Counted from the first letter of the stretch, positions 9,952 to 18,989 are shown. The stretch is DNA of 64,000 bases from Abditibacterium sp. (GCA_965246885.1 OZ251992.1:896001-960000); one strand, 5' to 3'. Made by a program: numbers and translations. The notes: generated by a model not told the origin, from the letters alone.

Positions 9952-10416
9952 ATGCCGCAACGACCTCTGCAATTTGGCGCCATCGCTGGCGTTCTGGAAG
10001 GCCAGACTTTTGCCAATCGCCGCGAAGTTTTCGAGGCGCGCTTGCACCGCTCTCTGCTCGCGGGCATCTCCGGCACCGCGCGCGACGGGAGTGACGCGGT
10101 TATCGTGTCCGGCGGCTACGAAGATGACGACGACCGAGGCGACACGCTCATTTATACCGGCGAGGGCGGGCGCAACCCCCAAACCGGCGAACAAATCGCG
10201 GGGCAAATCCTCGTTAAAGGCAACCTCGCCTTGGAAAGGAGCCGCATCAACGGCCTCCCCGTCCGCGTCATTCGCGGCGCCGCCGCCAAGTCCCGCTTCG
10301 CCCCCCAAGAAGGCTACCGCTACGACGGCCTCTACCGCGTGAGGCGCTCATGGCCCGAAAAGGGCAAGTCGGGCCACATCGTGTGGCGCTTTGAACTGCG
10401 TAAGGAGGACGGGTAG
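9952..10416 (+). CDS. Stand-alone SRA/YDG domain protein (methyl-cytosine reader fold)
   Basis: AGISG, IVSGGYEDDDD.GD.LIYTGEGG, GNLAL, PVRVIRG, YRYDGLY. Confidence 0.92.
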   Translation: MPQRPLQFGAIAGVLEGQTFANRREVFEARLHRSLLAGISGTARDGSDAVIVSGGYEDDDDRGDTLIYTGEGGRNPQTGEQIAGQILVKGNLALERSRINGLPVRVIRGAAAKSRFAPQEGYRYDGLYRVRRSWPEKGKSGHIVWRFELRKEDG

Positions 10417-10462
10417 AACACAGGCGGCACTCTTATCTTCCGGCTGTGATACTTCATTCGCC

Positions 10463-10657
10463 ATGAAAGAAGCGACATACCCAACGTCAACAACAGACGA
10501 ACAATATCGAGCCGAAGCCGAGCATTGGATGGCCCAAATCCATCTGCTCAACGAGCAGTCGAACCGCGAGTGGACGCGCATCGAACAACTGCGCGCCGAA
10601 TCGCAAGCCAACCTCGCGCGCATTGAAGCCATCGTCGCGCGTTTGGAGAATCGCTGA
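10463..10657 (+). CDS. Small predicted coiled-coil hypothetical protein
   Basis: Helical heptad pattern; stop overlaps the next start (TGATG). Confidence 0.6.
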   Translation: MKEATYPTSTTDEQYRAEAEHWMAQIHLLNEQSNREWTRIEQLRAESQANLARIEAIVARLENR

Positions 10658-10920
10658 TGTGGAAGCAAATCACAGACATCGGCAAGCAACTCTTCAACTT
10701 CGGCCAACGCATGAACAAAGTGGAGGCAGAGCAAACCCAACTGCGCGAAGACGTGAACCGCATCGAGCGTTCGCTTGAACGCCTATTGCTCGCCGAAGAC
10801 AACAACCGCGAAGTCCGCGACCGGGAACGCCAAATCTGGGAGCGCGACCAGAAGATTCTGATGCTCGAACTGCAACGCGAACTCGACAAGTTCGAGCGCC
10901 GCCTCCCGCCCGCCAGCTAA
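10657..10920 (+). CDS. Small predicted coiled-coil hypothetical protein
   Basis: Amphipathic N-terminus, heptad pattern, ends FERRLPPAS. Confidence 0.7.
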   Translation: MWKQITDIGKQLFNFGQRMNKVEAEQTQLREDVNRIERSLERLLLAEDNNREVRDRERQIWERDQKILMLELQRELDKFERRLPPAS

Positions 10921-11115
10921 GACAACAGGCCGCACCCAAAATAGTCGTGCCCCCGCGCCATCGGCTCCGGGAGTGGCCAACGGGCGCGGGTGTTTCGTCG
11001 CCCGATGCCCTCGAAAACGGCGCCGACACTGCGCCGCCTTACCCTCGCCGGGTTACGGTCAAGGGTGGCGGCGTTCTCTGGGCCGTTGCGACGCGGCTTT
11101 AAACTGTGCGCTATT

Positions 11116-11448
11116 ATGAAGCGTTTTCTCACCCGCCCGTTTCTCCCCGGCAAGCGCCAGTTCTGGCTGTCAGTTCCTCTCTTCGTCATTGGCGCAACTC
11201 CTTACTTCAGCTTGCCCCGGATGCCCCAAGACGAGTTCTTCGCCGTCGTTTGCTTCCTCTTCGCGTTCGTCTTCGCCTTGAATGCTGTCCTCGACTTGCG
11301 CCGCATCCCCGCCGTCGCGCACGGCTTCGTCGTGCTGTGGTTCGCGTTGCTTCTTGTGCTGCTTCCTTTTACGCTGTGGAACACATTCAACAACGCACTT
11401 TGGTATCGCTCGCACCCAATGCCAAACGGCGGGATTGGCGCGCGGTAA
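11116..11448 (+). CDS. Hypothetical membrane protein
   Basis: About three hydrophobic segments. Confidence 0.6.
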   Translation: MKRFLTRPFLPGKRQFWLSVPLFVIGATPYFSLPRMPQDEFFAVVCFLFAFVFALNAVLDLRRIPAVAHGFVVLWFALLLVLLPFTLWNTFNNALWYRSHPMPNGGIGAR

Positions 11449-11469
11449 AGTCACAACGTTCAACTTCTC

Positions 11470-11766
11470 ATGTCGTCTCGCCCTTCCTCCGAACGTCTGT
11501 CAAAATTCGCGCCTTTGTTCTTTACCGTTGTTGGTTTGTTTTGGGGAGGTTGGATTGGTTTTGCCGTCGCTGTCAATTACGCGACGGTAGAAATCGCCAA
11601 GTATCAAGCGCAACACAACGGGGATGATGGCGGCGCGAGTGAAGGCGCGTTCGCGCTCCTTGTCGGTTTGCCTGTGGGCGCAGTGCTGGGCGCGTTGTCG
11701 GGGTGGCTTTTAGGACTCGTTGTCAGGCATTTCGCTGACAAAAAGCGCCCGCTACTCAACGAGTAG
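11470..11766 (+). CDS. Hypothetical membrane protein
   Basis: Two hydrophobic Gly-rich segments. Confidence 0.6.
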   Translation: MSSRPSSERLSKFAPLFFTVVGLFWGGWIGFAVAVNYATVEIAKYQAQHNGDDGGASEGAFALLVGLPVGAVLGALSGWLLGLVVRHFADKKRPLLNE

Positions 11767-11775
11767 CGGGCGCTT
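11740..11775 (-). terminator. Intrinsic terminator downstream of fusA
   Basis: 15-bp inverted repeat AAGCGCCCGCTACTC-aac-GAGTAGCGGGCGCTT ending in a U-tract on the minus strand. Confidence 0.8.
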
Positions 11776-11790
11776 CCATTCAATCAAACA

Positions 11791-13911
11791 CTACCGGCGA
11801 CCAGTCGCCGTCGCCAGAATTTCCTCTTGGATATTGCTCGGCACTGGTTCGTAGTGGCTTGGCTCCATTGTGTAGGTGGCGCGGCCTTGGGTGAGCGAGC
11901 GCATGGTCGTCGCGTAGCCGAAGAGTTCGGAGAGCGGGACTTGCGCGCGCACGATTTGGGTGCCGCCTTTGTCGGGGCGCATTTCGTTGATGCGTCCTCT
12001 GCGGCTCGACAGGTCGCCGATGATGTCGCCCATGTTGGCGTCAGGGGTGACGACTTCCATTGACATGATCGGTTCGAGAATCACCGGTTTGGCTTTGCGG
12101 GCCGCTTCGCGCAGTCCTTCGGCTCCGGCGATTTCAAAGGTCATCGCGTTCGAGTCCACTTCGTGATACGATCCGTGAACCAGTTCCACGCGCACGTTCA
12201 CGAGCGGATAGCCCGCCAACACGCCGCGTTCGAGAGCGGACTTGGCGCCCTTTTCGACGCTCGGCCAGAACTCGCGGGGGACGACGCCGCCCACGACTTT
12301 CGACTCGAACTCGAAGTTGTTCTGCTTGCCGTTCTCGTCCGCGACCGTCGGCATCACGTTGATGACGATGTGCGCGAACTGGCCCGAACCGCCCGACTGC
12401 TTGACGTGCTTGTAGGTCAACTCCTTGACCGTGCCTTGGATGGTCTCGCGGTAGGCGACTTGCGGCTTGCCGATGTTGGCCTCGACCGCGTATTCGCGCT
12501 TCATGCGATCCACCATGATTTCCAAGTGCAACTCGCCCATGCCGCCGATGATGGTCTGGCCCGTTTCTTTGTCGTTGCGGACTTTGAAGGTCGGGTCTTC
12601 CTGCGTGAGCTTGATGAGAGCGTCGGTCATCTTGTCCGCGTCGTTGCGAGTTTTCGCTTCGATGGACTGGAAGATAACCGGCTCGGCGAAGTTGATGTTT
12701 TCGAGAACAATCGGGTTGTTCTCGTCGCACATCGTGTCACCCGTCACGGTGTCGGACAAGCCGATGGCGGCGCAGATGTCGCCCGCTTCGGCGTATTCCA
12801 CGTCTTCCTGCTTGTTGGCGTGCATCCGCAAAATGCGCGACACGCGCTCCTTTTTGTTCTTGCCCGAATTCAGGATGTAGCTGCCCTTGTTGACGCGGCC
12901 CGAATAGACGCGAAAATAGGTCAGGCGCCCGAACTTGTTGGACATGATTTTGAACGCGAGTGCCGAGAACGGGTCGTCCGGGTTCGGTTCGCGCGAGGTG
13001 CTTTCGCCGGTATCGGGGTTGGTGCCGATGATGGCGGGCGTGTCGAGCGGCGACGGCAAAAACTCGATAACCGCGTCGAGCATCGGCTGCACGCCCTTGT
13101 TCTTGTAGGACGAGCCGCAAATGACGGCGATAATGTCGTTTTGAAGCGTCGCTTTGCGGATGCCTTTGCGGACTTCCTCTTCGGTGAGTTCTTCGCCAGC
13201 GAAGAATTTCTCCATCAAGGTGTCGTCGGTTTCGGCGACGAATTCGAGCAGTTCGCGGCGATACTCCTGCGCCTTTTCCATGAGTTCGGCGGGAATCTCT
13301 TCCTCGTCGAACGTCGAGCCTAAGTCTTTGGCTTCGTTGTAGCGGATCGCCTTCATCTTGATGAGGTCAACCACGCCCGCGAAGTCGTCTTCGGCGCCGA
13401 TGGGGATTTGAAGCGGCACGGGCCGCGCGCCCAATCGCTCGCGCAGTTGGCCGACAACCTCGTAGAAGTTGGCGCCGGAGCGATCCATTTTGTTAATGTA
13501 GGCCACGCGCGGAACGCCGTAGCGGTTGGCTTGGCGCCACACGGTTTCCGATTGCGGTTGCACGCCGCCAACGGCGCAGAACACGGCGACGAGTCCATCC
13601 AAAACGCGCAAGGAGCGTTCGACTTCAACGGTGAAGTCCACGTGACCGGGCGTGTCGATGATGTTGATGGTGTGGCGCGGGTATTGGTGCGTCGAGCCGT
13701 CCCAAGTGCAGGTCGTCGCGGCACTGGTGATGGTGATGCCGCGTTCTTGCTCTTGTTCCATCCAGTCCATCGTCGCGCTGCCATTGTGGACTTCGCCGAT
13801 GCGGTGGTTGACGCCCGTGTAGAACAAGATGCGTTCGGTGGTGGTTGTCTTACCGGCATCGATGTGAGCCGCAATGCCGATGTTGCGTGTGAGCGATAGA
13901 TCTTTCGCCAT
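11791..13911 (-). CDS. fusA: Elongation factor G
   Basis: [23 protein letters not shown]; about 706 aa; AAGGAGAGG RBS upstream. Confidence 0.98.
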   Translation of the reverse strand: MAKDLSLTRNIGIAAHIDAGKTTTTERILFYTGVNHRIGEVHNGSATMDWMEQEQERGITITSAATTCTWDGSTHQYPRHTINIIDTPGHVDFTVEVERSLRVLDGLVAVFCAVGGVQPQSETVWRQANRYGVPRVAYINKMDRSGANFYEVVGQLRERLGARPVPLQIPIGAEDDFAGVVDLIKMKAIRYNEAKDLGSTFDEEEIPAELMEKAQEYRRELLEFVAETDDTLMEKFFAGEELTEEEVRKGIRKATLQNDIIAVICGSSYKNKGVQPMLDAVIEFLPSPLDTPAIIGTNPDTGESTSREPNPDDPFSALAFKIMSNKFGRLTYFRVYSGRVNKGSYILNSGKNKKERVSRILRMHANKQEDVEYAEAGDICAAIGLSDTVTGDTMCDENNPIVLENINFAEPVIFQSIEAKTRNDADKMTDALIKLTQEDPTFKVRNDKETGQTIIGGMGELHLEIMVDRMKREYAVEANIGKPQVAYRETIQGTVKELTYKHVKQSGGSGQFAHIVINVMPTVADENGKQNNFEFESKVVGGVVPREFWPSVEKGAKSALERGVLAGYPLVNVRVELVHGSYHEVDSNAMTFEIAGAEGLREAARKAKPVILEPIMSMEVVTPDANMGDIIGDLSSRRGRINEMRPDKGGTQIVRAQVPLSELFGYATTMRSLTQGRATYTMEPSHYEPVPSNIQEEILATATGRR

Positions 13912-14020
13912 GATGTTTAAAGCCTCTCCTTTGAGGTGTGTGGGTTTCCCGTGCGCGTCCAGCAACGCTAATTTTCTCGCGTCGTCATTCCGACTCTCGC
14001 GCTGTCATTCGATTCTTCCG

Positions 14021-14143
14021 CGCTGTCATTCCGAGGGGAGCCTTGGCGACCAGAGGAATCTTATTTGAGCCGCTCGTCGGTTACAAACGAGCAGTTGCAA
14101 GTAGATTCCTCTGGTCGCCAAGGCTCCCCTCGGAATGACAGCG
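14021..14143. repeat. REP/MITE-like palindromic element
   Basis: Perfect 41-bp inverted repeat (14021-14061 / 14103-14143) with TGTCATTCCGAG...GGAATCT ends. Confidence 0.9.
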
Positions 14144-14184
14144 TCTGCTTGCTTGGTTCAAGGGCGAACGCCCCCAAATCCGGG

Positions 14185-14321
14185 CAAACAAAAACCGCAG
14201 CCAGATTTTCCCTTCGGGCGAGCCAAAGAAGAAAACGCGAAACGGTAGAAGCAGAATGTCTGCTTCTACGCGAGTTCGTCGTCGTCTTCGTCGTCGTCCA
14301 TGAGAAAATCCGCCTGCGGTT
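14185..14321 (-). promoter_or_regulatory. Putative attenuator in the fusA leader
   Basis: 20-bp outer stem (14302-14321 / 14193-14212) followed by a U-rich tract; perfect 11-bp inner hairpin 14245-14269. Confidence 0.65.
14266..14301 (-). CDS. Putative leader peptide MDDDEDDDELA
   Basis: ATG GAC GAC GAC GAA GAC GAC GAC GAA CTC GCG TAG; SD-like AGGCGG upstream; nested in paired stems. Confidence 0.6.
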   Translation of the reverse strand: MDDDEDDDELA

Positions 14322-14387
14322 GGATACTTTTAATTGCGCGTGCGGGGAAACCGGGCTACAAACGCTTCGCGCAAGAGTGGGGTTGCG

Positions 14388-15050
14388 CTATTTTCGAGCG
14401 GACAGGCGCTTTAACTCTTCTCGTGTCCAAGGGTTCTTATTAGCGACCATTACACGTTCGGGACGCCGCAAGGTTTCTACTGATCCATAGAACAAAAACA
14501 AGCCAACAAGGGAGAAAAACAAGGAAGCATCTCCCCATCCCCAAACCAGAACAGATTGTTCTGGTTGTTGAGGATTGACAAGGCACTGCGCCTTTGAGCC
14601 GTCAGGATAGTTCTTGAGCCAGTCCCCCTGCTTAAACGTCATAGAAAAAGACGTTAATCGTTCACCGGCATACCGGCGACCATTGACGATGTAGGAGTAG
14701 GATATCCGGTTTTCCGGTGTATAGGTGGGGCTTGTCCATGAGACAACACAAGGAACTTGCTGCCAGTCCTTCGACCGAAGAGTAAATGCGAGGGGTTCAA
14801 ACACGAGGCTTCGTCCAAAGATAAGGATAATGAACAGGAACAACAAGCCACAAAGACGAGCTTTGGTGTTGTGCCTCATCCGTTCTGAGAACGCTCGACG
14901 CTCATCGTTCGAGAGAGCAGCTTCTCGCTGTTGGATTTCGGCTACGAGTTCGTGATAACGCTCTGGCGCACGACGTTCACTCATGCGACTTCGCATAACC
15001 ACAAGTTCGGCCAAAGAACACTCAGCATAATCGGGCGCCTCGTCAATCAT
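14388..15050 (-). CDS. DUF3592-like membrane protein
   Basis: TM-...W..V...YSY.VNGRRY.G...VNPQQPEQSVL-TM pattern. Confidence 0.7.
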   Translation of the reverse strand: MIDEAPDYAECSLAELVVMRSRMSERRAPERYHELVAEIQQREAALSNDERRAFSERMRHNTKARLCGLLFLFIILIFGRSLVFEPLAFTLRSKDWQQVPCVVSWTSPTYTPENRISYSYIVNGRRYAGERLTSFSMTFKQGDWLKNYPDGSKAQCLVNPQQPEQSVLVWGWGDASLFFSLVGLFLFYGSVETLRRPERVMVANKNPWTREELKRLSARK

Positions 15051-15132
15051 ATCCTCATTGTAACGCAAACGCCCGCGCGTGCCGAGGGGCAACTCAGCGC
15101 GCTTTTCACGCTCACGGCGCCGCACACTCCCC

Positions 15133-15321
15133 GCGTTCAACGTCCAACGCGGCGCGTTCAACATTCAATGCGGCGCGTTGAACATCCAACGGCCCGCGCT
15201 GTGCGTCTCCTACGGCTCGTTGAACGTCAAGCGGGCCGCGTTGAACTGCAAATACGGCCCATTTGCAGTTCAACGGGCCGCATTTGCAGAACAGCTTGCA
15301 CCATTTGCAGAAGCTGGCAAA
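15133..15321. repeat. Degenerate 21-bp tandem array, 9 units
   Basis: Units such as GCGTTCAACGTCCAACGCGGC, GCGTTGAACATCCAACGGCCC drifting to CCATTTGCAG... Confidence 0.85.
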
Positions 15322-15451
15322 CTCCCGCGCGAGGTATTTCAATCAATGGCCGACAGCATCCCACAAAATCCTGAACCGGGAGTCAAGCGCGTGGACGACT
15401 TCTTAGAGACGGTCTGAAAAGGCTCTGACCGATGGCGTAATTCTTCGTTTC

Positions 15452-15619
15452 CTCTCCGTATTTTGGGCGAAGAAATACCTCCTTTCCCCGGCCAAATACG
15501 GATTTCCCCCGGAGGAATCCGTACTTGGCGGCGTCAAATCCGTATTTGGCCAGAAGAAATACGGATTTAACTCGGTCAAATCCGTATTTGACGCGGCTAA
15601 ATATGGATTCCTTTGGGTG
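15452..15619. repeat. Degenerate 21-bp tandem array, 8 units
   Basis: AAATACGGATTT (15494, 15557) and its reverse complement AAATCCGTATTT (15536, 15578) in the same 21-nt phase. Confidence 0.88.
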
Positions 15620-15659
15620 CCACGCCCTTATTTGCCGAACTGACGGGCGGGCGGGCCAC

Positions 15660-15693
15660 AAGCGCGCCGCTTTCGAGAGAAGTCGGCGCGCTT
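15660..15693. terminator. Hairpin downstream of the relE-like gene
   Basis: AAGCGCGCCG / CGGCGCGCTT inverted repeat. Confidence 0.55.
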
Positions 15694-15696
15694 TGT

Positions 15697-15966
15697 TCAG
15701 TCGTAAACATCCTTGCGGTCGCCGACTTCCACGACGACAACGACTAATATGCCGTCTTGAACGTCGTAGATGATGCGGTAGTCGCCGACGCGAAGGCGAT
15801 AGAATTGCGTTTTGCCCCGGAGTTTCTTGCCGCCCGATGGACGCGGTTCGAGTTCGAGGGTGTAGATTTTGTCGAAGAGCTTGTTTTGCACTTCTTCCGA
15901 CAAGCGGTTAATCTGGCGCCACGCGGGTGACTCAATTAGCACGCGGTAGGAGTGTGGTTCGTTCAT
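15697..15966 (-). CDS. RelE/ParE-family toxin
   Basis: PRPSGGKKLRG, YRLRVGDYRIIY, VGDRKDVY. Confidence 0.93.
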   Translation of the reverse strand: MNEPHSYRVLIESPAWRQINRLSEEVQNKLFDKIYTLELEPRPSGGKKLRGKTQFYRLRVGDYRIIYDVQDGILVVVVVEVGDRKDVYD

Positions 15967-16196
15967 CGCCCCAAAGCCTTGCGCCAATCGTCCAAAGTTT
16001 TGCGTTGCGACGGGTCGCTATTCGCCAAGATGCGCTCGGCTTCGGCGGCGTCCACTTCGTCCTCCAACTCTTCGAGCAACTCCTCGGTCGGCTCTGGGTA
16101 AAGCGCGACGACTTCCTCAAACGGGATACCACGCTCTTTGGCGACATCTGCAAAAACGTTCTGGGCGTAGCGGGAGAGGGTGGCGGTAGGTGTCAT
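15963..16196 (-). CDS. Putative antitoxin
   Basis: Small acidic protein overlapping the toxin start by 4 nt; EELED..D...A pattern. Confidence 0.75.
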   Translation of the reverse strand: MTPTATLSRYAQNVFADVAKERGIPFEEVVALYPEPTEELLEELEDEVDAAEAERILANSDPSQRKTLDDWRKALGR

Positions 16197-16205
16197 CTGT
16201 TGAGT

Positions 16206-16472
16206 TTACTGAGCGAGAAGATGATGGGGTTTCGCGCTCCGGTTGGCGATGTAGGCGCGCAAATCATCGAGCGTGTAGCGTTCGTTCGGGTCATCTTCCA
16301 ACCGCGCGCGGCGTGCGGCGGCGACATCCAATTCGTCTTCCAATTCTTCCAGCGCCTCTTCGGAGAAATCGAGGCAACTCGCCACGACTTCTTCGAGCGA
16401 CACGCCGCGTTCTTTGGCGACGGCGCGGAGCAGACTTTCCACTTCGGGCTTGAGTTCGAGGGGCAAGGTCAT
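16206..16472 (-). CDS. Putative antitoxin paralogue
   Basis: Shares VAKERG..EEVVA....EE.LEELEDE.D with 15963-16196; ribbon-helix-helix-like N-terminus. Confidence 0.72.
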   Translation of the reverse strand: MTLPLELKPEVESLLRAVAKERGVSLEEVVASCLDFSEEALEELEDELDVAAARRARLEDDPNERYTLDDLRAYIANRSAKPHHLLAQ

Positions 16473-16533
16473 GGCCCCAATTTGCCACGAACTGGCGGCG
16501 ACTCAACGCGCGGCGTCCCTTAAACTCCCACCC

Positions 16534-16650
16534 ATGAAAACGATTCGTCTTCGCTTCGATGGGCGCACTTTTGTTCCGCAGGAGGAGGTGCATCTGCCCG
16601 CCGGGTTTGAAACGACGGTGGAAGTAGAGCCGATAAACTTTGGGCTATGA
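16534..16650 (+). CDS. Short DUF104/AF2212-like antitoxin-family protein (38 aa)
   Basis: MKTIRLRFDGRTFVPQEEVHLPAG..TVEV pattern. Confidence 0.55.
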   Translation: MKTIRLRFDGRTFVPQEEVHLPAGFETTVEVEPINFGL

Positions 16651-16907
16651 AAACGACTTCGGCGATTTGGGATGGGGCGGGGCTTCGGTTCGAGAACATC
16701 ACGCCGCCTGCAGGGGTGCGCGTGAGCGTCAGTTGGGCCGATGAAGACGAGGGCGAAGTGGAAGGGCCGGGGGTGGCGTTGTTGCGGTTAGTCGAAGAGT
16801 TGAACGAGCAGTTCCCGCCCGACCCGGACACACCGTCCGACTTGGCGGCGCAGCACGATCACTATTTGCATGGCCAACCCAAACGAGCGGACAATGATTT
16901 TCGTTGA
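16647..16907 (+). CDS. Putative VapB-type antitoxin
   Basis: Acidic; C-terminal PSDLAAQHDHYLHG; overlaps the PIN gene. Confidence 0.72.
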   Translation: MKTTSAIWDGAGLRFENITPPAGVRVSVSWADEDEGEVEGPGVALLRLVEELNEQFPPDPDTPSDLAAQHDHYLHGQPKRADNDFR

Positions 16908-17298
16908 TACGGGCTACTTCCTCGCTTTGCTGCAACCACGCGATGGGTTGAACGCACGCGTAGGGCGTTGGGCCACAGCCGTTGCAGAGCCGCTCGTGAC
17001 CCACGAGTTTGTGTTGGTTGAAGTGGCCGACGCGCTTTCGAGTCCTCGTGACCGCCGCCGCATCGCGCCTTTTTTCGCGGGGCTGTACGCTCAGTCCTCG
17101 TTGAACATTATTCCCGCTTCGACGGCTCTGCTCATTGCCGGTCTCAATCTCCATTCGCAGCGTCCCGACAAGGAGTGGTCGCTCACCGATTGCATTTCGT
17201 TCGCCCTGATGCAAAAGCGCGGCCTCACGCGGGCGTTGGCGTTCGACCATCATTTCGAGCAGGCGGAGTTCGAGGCGTTGCTGCGCCACAAGCCGTGA
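16894..17298 (+). CDS. vapC: PIN-domain (VapC-family) toxin
   Basis: IFVDTG, VLVE, WSLTDCISF, AFDHHFEQA. Confidence 0.92.
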   Translation: MIFVDTGYFLALLQPRDGLNARVGRWATAVAEPLVTHEFVLVEVADALSSPRDRRRIAPFFAGLYAQSSLNIIPASTALLIAGLNLHSQRPDKEWSLTDCISFALMQKRGLTRALAFDHHFEQAEFEALLRHKP

Positions 17299-17343
17299 AC
17301 TTCCCCTTTCTCCCGTCGGTGCGCATAATTTGGTCGCCGCCCG

Positions 17344-17448
17344 GGGTCGGTGAAAGAAAGCGCGGGGTCATTGGACGACCCGTTTATGCCGGTCAACGTT
17401 TGATGTGTACCGGCGAATGAGTCGCCCATGCCGGTGAACGGTTGCGCG
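17344..17448. repeat. Degenerate 21-bp tandem array, 5 units
   Basis: GGGTCGGTGAAAGAAAGCGCG (17344), ATGCCGGTCAACGTTTGATGT (17386), ATGCCGGTGAACGGTTGCGCG (17428). Confidence 0.6.
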
Positions 17449-17456
17449 GGGCCGTT

Positions 17457-18911
17457 TTATTCCTCGCAGAACTGCGTGACGCGGTTGCGGCCCCCTTCTT
17501 TAGCGGCGTAGAGGGCTTGGTCGGCTTGGTCGAGGAGGCGCAGGCCGGTTTGGGAGTTGGCGGTGTGGGTGGCGATGCCGATGGAAATGGTGATGGGGCG
17601 CAACCGCCAAGGCGCGGTTTCGATGGTGCGGCGCATGCGCTCGGCGAGTATGAAAGCACCCTCGGCGCCGGTGTTGGGCAGCAAGATGGCGAACTCTTCG
17701 CCGCCCAAGCGCGCCACAAAGTCGCTGGTGCGCGCTTTTTCGGATAGGAGGCGCGCAACGGTTTGCAGCACTTCGTCGCCGCAACCGTGCCCGAAGGAGT
17801 CGTTGAAGAGCTTGAACTTGTCCACGTCGAGCATCAGCACCGACAAGGGCACGCCATAGCGGTGGGCGCGGTCGAACTCGTCCTCTAAGCGCGGATCGAA
17901 GGCGCGGCGGTTGTGCAACCCGGTGAGCGCGTCGCTGCGGCTTTCGGCCTCGACGCGAATCAGCGCGTTTTCTAATTCCAGTTGGTAGCGCTCCAACTGC
18001 TGCTCGTAGTGCTTGGTTTGAGTGACATCGAGCGCCACGCCCGCCAAAGAGCGCGCGTTTCCACCGCCGCGCGGCAGGGGGAACTTGAAGACTTGCCAGA
18101 ACCGCTCGCCGTCGGGCGTGGGGACGCGCTCCAAGATTTCGACGATGCTCTCGCCCTCGACGATTTGGGTGTCGTGCGCGCGCAGATCGGCGGCGACTTC
18201 AACGGGCCACAGGTCGAAGTCGTCGTGGCCGATGACCTTTTCTTTGGTGAGGTTGAAGCGCTCCAAGAACGGCTTGTTGACATACGAGAAGCGCCAGTTG
18301 GCGTCTTTAACGAATGCCACCAAGGGCGAGGCATCCATGAACGCTTCAAAGCGGGTTTGGCTGTCCCGCAGTCGGGCCTCGTTTTGAACATGGAGGGCGA
18401 GGGCGTTGCTCAAACGGACGAGGTTGCGGCGCAGTTCGAGTTGGGCCACAGCCTGACGCGCAAGCGCGCGGAGCGCTTTTTGTTGGGCGGGCGACAGTTC
18501 GCGCGGTTGGTGGTCGAGGACGCACAGCGTTCCCAGCGCGTCGCCTTCGGGCGTGACGAGCGGGGCGCCCGCGTAGAATTGGATGTTTTCTTCGCCCGTC
18601 ACGAGCGCGTTGTCGCGGAAGCGCGGGTCGTTGCGGGCATCGGGAACAATAAGCAGTTCGTCGGCTTGGAGCAGGGCGTGCGCGCAAAAGGAGAGATCGC
18701 GCGGCGTTTCGGACACGGTGATGCCCAAACGCGACTTGAACCACTGCCGGTCGTTGTCAACGAGGGACACGAGCGCCATCGGCGTCCCGCAAATCTGCGA
18801 CGCCAGCACCACGATGTCGTCAAACCCCTCCTCTGGAGGGGTGTCCAGAATGTTATAGGATTCCAGCGCCAACAAGCGTCGGGCTTCATCGGGCGGCAGG
18901 GGAGCTTTCAT
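17457..18911 (-). CDS. GAF-PAS-GGDEF diguanylate cyclase
   Basis: GAF (SFCAHA, FYAGAPL), PAS, DALTGLHNRR, GGEEF active site. Confidence 0.95.
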   Translation of the reverse strand: MKAPLPPDEARRLLALESYNILDTPPEEGFDDIVVLASQICGTPMALVSLVDNDRQWFKSRLGITVSETPRDLSFCAHALLQADELLIVPDARNDPRFRDNALVTGEENIQFYAGAPLVTPEGDALGTLCVLDHQPRELSPAQQKALRALARQAVAQLELRRNLVRLSNALALHVQNEARLRDSQTRFEAFMDASPLVAFVKDANWRFSYVNKPFLERFNLTKEKVIGHDDFDLWPVEVAADLRAHDTQIVEGESIVEILERVPTPDGERFWQVFKFPLPRGGGNARSLAGVALDVTQTKHYEQQLERYQLELENALIRVEAESRSDALTGLHNRRAFDPRLEDEFDRAHRYGVPLSVLMLDVDKFKLFNDSFGHGCGDEVLQTVARLLSEKARTSDFVARLGGEEFAILLPNTGAEGAFILAERMRRTIETAPWRLRPITISIGIATHTANSQTGLRLLDQADQALYAAKEGGRNRVTQFCEE

Positions 18912-18989
18912 GGGACGGTAAAAGATAAAGACTACACCGACAAGTTTAAGAACCAAAACTGCCACTCGCAGCCAACGCCCAGCCGAAGT

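Noticed and set aside
12163..13323. 386-aa plus-strand ORF
   Set aside because: Antisense shadow of fusA
15079..15661. Heptad-repeat ORFs over the arrays (15079-15417, 15383-15661; likewise 26844-27224, 52750-53007, 63040-63225)
   Set aside because: A 21-nt period keeps frames open on both strands; no recognisable domains, so they are treated as by-products of the repeats
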